Positions 58,980-63,900 of a DNA stretch of 63,900 nt are shown piece after piece. Position numbers and translations under genes: made by a program. This DNA is from Hydrogenophilales bacterium RIFOXYD1_FULL_62_11 (GTDB taxonomy: Bacteria > Pseudomonadota > Gammaproteobacteria > Burkholderiales > Thiobacillaceae), in the NCBI GenBank assembly GCA_001802655.1, contig MGZO01000130.1, forward strand, positions 32,117 to 96,016, read 5' to 3'. Position 1 is the stretch's first letter. The number at the start of each line of letters is the position of its first letter. The notes beneath the pieces are model-generated. The model made no database searches. It had not been told where the DNA came from and worked only from the letters and a program-made list of their open reading frames with translations.

Positions 58980-60347
58980 TCAGTCAGGTTGCGGCCGACT
59001 GGTGTCTTTGGCGCGATACATCGCCTCGTCCGCATGGCTCATCAGTGCGTCCAGCGATGGCGTGGCATCGCTGCACGCCGCCACCCCGACACTGATGCGC
59101 AGCTTGATAGAGGTATCGGTTCCGGGCACCGCTACATCCATCTCCGCCTGCAGGCGATCCAGCAGCGCCCCCAGCGGCGGTCCCGCCGGGGTATTCGGCA
59201 GCAGCACCACAAACTCGTCTCCCCCCACCCGCGCCAGCAGATCGGACTCGCGGCAACAGGTACGGAGCGTGTTCGCGACATGCACCAGAACAGCATCGCC
59301 GGCGGCATGCCCGTAGGTGTCGTTGATGGTTTTGAAGTCGTCGATATCGATATTGAGCAGGGTAAGGCGGCAGCCATTGCGGCGGGCCAGCGCAAACATG
59401 TCCTGCCCGCGCAGCTTGAATTGATGACGGTTGGCCAAACCGGTGAGGTGATCGTGCAAGGCCATACTGCGGATGCGTTGATGGACCAACAGCGAGTAGG
59501 CCGTGAGCGTGCCCGCGCCAGCAGCAAGCAACACCAGTAAGGCCTGCATCCACAAACCATAGCCGTCCGCCGGGGCCAGCGCGCGCGCTGCCAGTTGCCA
59601 ACGACCGCCCGGAATAACGACATCCATCAACACCGCATCAGGATCTTTGAACAGCCCAGCTTCGCCGAGGAACACTTCACCCTGCGCGCCCAGCCCATCC
59701 CGGCCGCGCAAGGCATAGCGCACGGCACCGGCAGGGTCCGTGCGGATGCCGGCACGTTCAAAAACGGGATACGGGTTGATCGCCACCGAGGCCAGCCCCC
59801 AATAGTGCGGCGAACCGTCAGGCCGGGTAAAAATGATGGGGATGCGGTTGATGATGCCGACACCGCCTTGCACCAGCTCGATCGGCCCTGCCGTCACCGG
59901 GCGCTGTTCACGCATCAGCCGCAACACGGCATCGCGCTGGGTGGGTGTTTCCAGATAACGCAGGCCAAGCGCCTTTTGATTGCCCGCTAGCGGATAGATG
60001 TGGCGAATCACATTGTCGGGTGCCAGCGCCACGCTGCGAATCGCCGGCTGCAGGCGGATCAGCGAAGCCGCCACCCGAACCAGATCTGCCTGCGAAAAGT
60101 CGGGTTTGGCGAGCACAAAAGTCGACAAGCCCAGGCTCAGCGACAGCGTGGCATTCAATTCCGATTCCAGCCGCGCCCGCACCGTGGCGGCCTCGGCCTG
60201 CAGCACGGCGCGCTCGGCCTGGTTGCGCCGATCCTGTTCCAGCCAGATAAAGGATTGCAGAACGGTCCAGACCCCACCGGCCACCAGCACGCCCGCTATC
60301 CACGGCAGCTTGCGCGAAACCAAAAATGCCTGGCGACGGCTCGGCAT
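58980..60347 (-). CDS. CHASE-GGDEF diguanylate cyclase
   Basis: CHASE (YPLAGNQKALG, AGPIELVQGG, YWG); RESD I-site; GGDEF. Confidence 0.9.
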   Translation of the reverse strand: MPSRRQAFLVSRKLPWIAGVLVAGGVWTVLQSFIWLEQDRRNQAERAVLQAEAATVRARLESELNATLSLSLGLSTFVLAKPDFSQADLVRVAASLIRLQPAIRSVALAPDNVIRHIYPLAGNQKALGLRYLETPTQRDAVLRLMREQRPVTAGPIELVQGGVGIINRIPIIFTRPDGSPHYWGLASVAINPYPVFERAGIRTDPAGAVRYALRGRDGLGAQGEVFLGEAGLFKDPDAVLMDVVIPGGRWQLAARALAPADGYGLWMQALLVLLAAGAGTLTAYSLLVHQRIRSMALHDHLTGLANRHQFKLRGQDMFALARRNGCRLTLLNIDIDDFKTINDTYGHAAGDAVLVHVANTLRTCCRESDLLARVGGDEFVVLLPNTPAGPPLGALLDRLQAEMDVAVPGTDTSIKLRISVGVAACSDATPSLDALMSHADEAMYRAKDTSRPQPD

Positions 60348-60354
60348 GGTCAGG

Positions 60355-62019
<1,665 letters not shown>

Positions 62020-62058
62020 GAATAAGAATCCTGAGAATGAAGATGCGCAGACGCGCTG

Positions 62059-62553
62059 TTACGACAGCTCTTGATCGAGCAGTTTCTTGAGTTTGACGAA
62101 ATCGAGTTCGCCGATTTTCTGTTCGAGAATCTGGCCTTTTTTGCCAATGATGAAGCTGGTCGGCGTCAGCCTGACATCGCCGAACGCCTGCGCGAGCTCG
62201 CCTTTGACATCGAGCGCGACCGGAAAGGGCAACTTGCGGGTTTGCGTGAAATTGACCACGTGGCTGGGCGGATCGTAGGACATCGCCACCGCGATGATTT
62301 CAAACCCCTTAGCCTTGTATTGATTGTAGGTTTCGACCATGCCGGGCATTTCCTTGATGCAGCCGGGACACGAGGTCGCCCAGAAGTTCACCAGCACCAC
62401 CTTGCCGCGCAGACTGTCGAGCTGGATCGGCTGGCCCTCCAGCGTGACGAAGGTGGCGGCGGGCGCAGCGGGTTTGCTCAGCATCGCGTACGCGAGCGCG
62501 GCAACCACGATCAGGACGACAGCAAAGAGGGCGGCGGGTTTGGCGTATTTCAT
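62059..62553 (-). CDS. TlpA-family disulfide reductase
   Basis: VNFWATSCPGCIKEMP, VAMSYDPP. Confidence 0.9.
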   Translation of the reverse strand: MKYAKPAALFAVVLIVVAALAYAMLSKPAAPAATFVTLEGQPIQLDSLRGKVVLVNFWATSCPGCIKEMPGMVETYNQYKAKGFEIIAVAMSYDPPSHVVNFTQTRKLPFPVALDVKGELAQAFGDVRLTPTSFIIGKKGQILEQKIGELDFVKLKKLLDQELS

Positions 62554-62586
62554 CGGGTGGGTGAGCAATCAGCAGTAAATGAAAAA

Positions 62587-63120
62587 TCAGCGATAAGACT
62601 GGGCAAGCGCGACGTAGTGCCGGGCGGAGTAATCAAAATAGGCCATCTCTTCGTCGCTGAGCGGGCGCACCTGTTTGGCGGGGCGCCCCAGATAAAGATG
62701 GCCGGATTCAAGCACCTTGCCTTCCGGCACCAGCGAACCGGCGCCGAGCAGCACATGCCGCTGGATCACCGCGCGGTCGAGAATGATGCTGCCCATGCCG
62801 ATCAGGCATTCGTCCCCGATGGTGCAGGCATGCAGGATCACGAGATGGCCGACGGTGACGCGCGCGCCGATGACGAGCGCCCCACCCGCCGGGTGGGCCG
62901 GGGTTTTGTGCGACACATGCAGCACGCTGCCGTCCTGGATGTTGGTCGCGTCGCCGATGGCAATGGAATTGACGTCGCCGCGTATCACGGCGCCCGGCCA
63001 TACCGATGCATCCACACCCAACGCCACTTCGCCAATCACGGTGGCGCGCGGATGCACCCACGCGCCGGAGGCGAGCTGCGGATGAATACCGTGATGCGGC
63101 GAGATGCTGGCTAAGTCCAT
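62587..63120 (-). CDS. Gamma carbonic anhydrase family protein (YrdA-like)
   Basis: IRGDVN, NIQDGSVLH, TVGH..ILHAC hexapeptide repeats. Confidence 0.93.
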   Translation of the reverse strand: MDLASISPHHGIHPQLASGAWVHPRATVIGEVALGVDASVWPGAVIRGDVNSIAIGDATNIQDGSVLHVSHKTPAHPAGGALVIGARVTVGHLVILHACTIGDECLIGMGSIILDRAVIQRHVLLGAGSLVPEGKVLESGHLYLGRPAKQVRPLSDEEMAYFDYSARHYVALAQSYR

Positions 63121-63133
63121 GTCTGGAACAGGG

Positions 63134-63166
63134 TTGAAATACGCAGAAGCGGGCTCAAATTATAAT
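63134..63166 (+). promoter_or_regulatory. Putative prlC promoter (sigma32-like -35 TTGAAA and/or TATAAT)
   Basis: TTGAAA-N13-GCTCAAAT is a weak sigma32 match, followed by TATAAT. Confidence 0.3.
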
Positions 63167-63218
63167 CCGCTGCACGTAGTCGCATCTCCTCTGCGCCCCC
63201 TTCTATGAAAGATCAACC

Positions 63219-63900
63219 ATGAACACCCCAGAACAGCGCACCAATCCCCTGCTCGATTTCTCCGCTCTGCCGCGTTTTTCAGAATTCAAGCCCGAGTTCG
63301 TGACCCCCGCCGTCGACCAGTTGCTGGTCGACTGCCGCGCTGCCGTCGAACGCGCAATGGACGCTGAGACGCCCGCCGAATGGGAGGCCTTCGTCAGCCC
63401 GATGGACGACGCCAACGAGAAACTCGGTCGCGCCTGGGGGCAGGTATCCCACCTGCACTCGGTGATGGACTCGCCCGAGTTGCGCGAGGTGTACAACGCC
63501 AACCTGCCCAAGATCACCATCTACTTCGCCGAGCTGGGACAAAACGAGGCGCTGTTCGGCAAGTTCAAGGCACTGGCGGCTGGCCCCGGATTTGCCGCGC
63601 TGACCACCGCTCAGAAAAAGATTGTGGAAAACGAGCTGCGCGACTTCCGCCTCGGCGGCGCCGAACTGCCCGCCGAGCAAAAAGCCCGCTTCATGGACCT
63701 GCAGGAAGAGCTGGCGCAAATCTCGGCCAAATTCGAGGAGAACCTGCTTGACGCAACCAACGAATATGCCCACTACGTAGCCGATGCCGCCGAGTTGGCC
63801 GGCGTGCCTGCCGATGAACTGGCGGCGATGCGCCAGGCGGCCGAAGCCGAAGGCAAGCCGGGCTGGAAAATCACCCTGCACATGCCGTCCTACCTGCCGG
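63219..63900 (+). CDS. prlC: Oligopeptidase A (M3), 3' truncated by the window edge
   Basis: MNTPEQRTNPLLDFSALPRF...AWGQVSHLHSV...RDFRLGG...KFEENLLDAT; absent from the ORF track because it has no stop. Confidence 0.92.
   Translation, partial: MNTPEQRTNPLLDFSALPRFSEFKPEFVTPAVDQLLVDCRAAVERAMDAETPAEWEAFVSPMDDANEKLGRAWGQVSHLHSVMDSPELREVYNANLPKITIYFAELGQNEALFGKFKALAAGPGFAALTTAQKKIVENELRDFRLGGAELPAEQKARFMDLQEELAQISAKFEENLLDATNEYAHYVADAAELAGVPADELAAMRQAAEAEGKPGWKITLHMPSYLP

Overview
Chromosomal window from a GC-rich betaproteobacterium. Gene content and order suggest a Thiobacillus-like sulfur-oxidising chemolithotroph (inference). It is mostly conserved housekeeping blocks: fpr-cca-slt, ilvA/rpiA, pilBCD-coaE-zapD-yacG, ffh-rpsP-rimM-trmD-rplS, slmA, moeB-ctpA-envC-gpmI, grxC-secB-gpsA-trmL, gshA-gshB-apbE-PTS(EIIA/HPr/EI), yggS-proC-yggT, pilTU, hemJ, slyX, ettA, yrdA and prlC. 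I recognised no rRNA, tRNA, CRISPR array or mobile element. The best candidate for an undescribed system is at 26.3-34.4 kb. A two-cysteine BigR/SqrR-type ArsR regulator is followed by a TolC-MFP-RND pump with an atypical proton-relay motif, a YgaP-like (DUF2892) membrane protein, rhodanese, glutaredoxin and TrxC. A matching operator-like palindrome lies before both the regulator and the pump, suggesting a persulfide-regulated sulfane-sulfur handling/export module. Other points: four c-di-GMP enzymes, a solo dynamin-like GTPase, decayed yggU and probably ygfA pseudogenes, hemJ/tlpA start codons sharing one CATG, and several small ORFs and structured intergenic elements.
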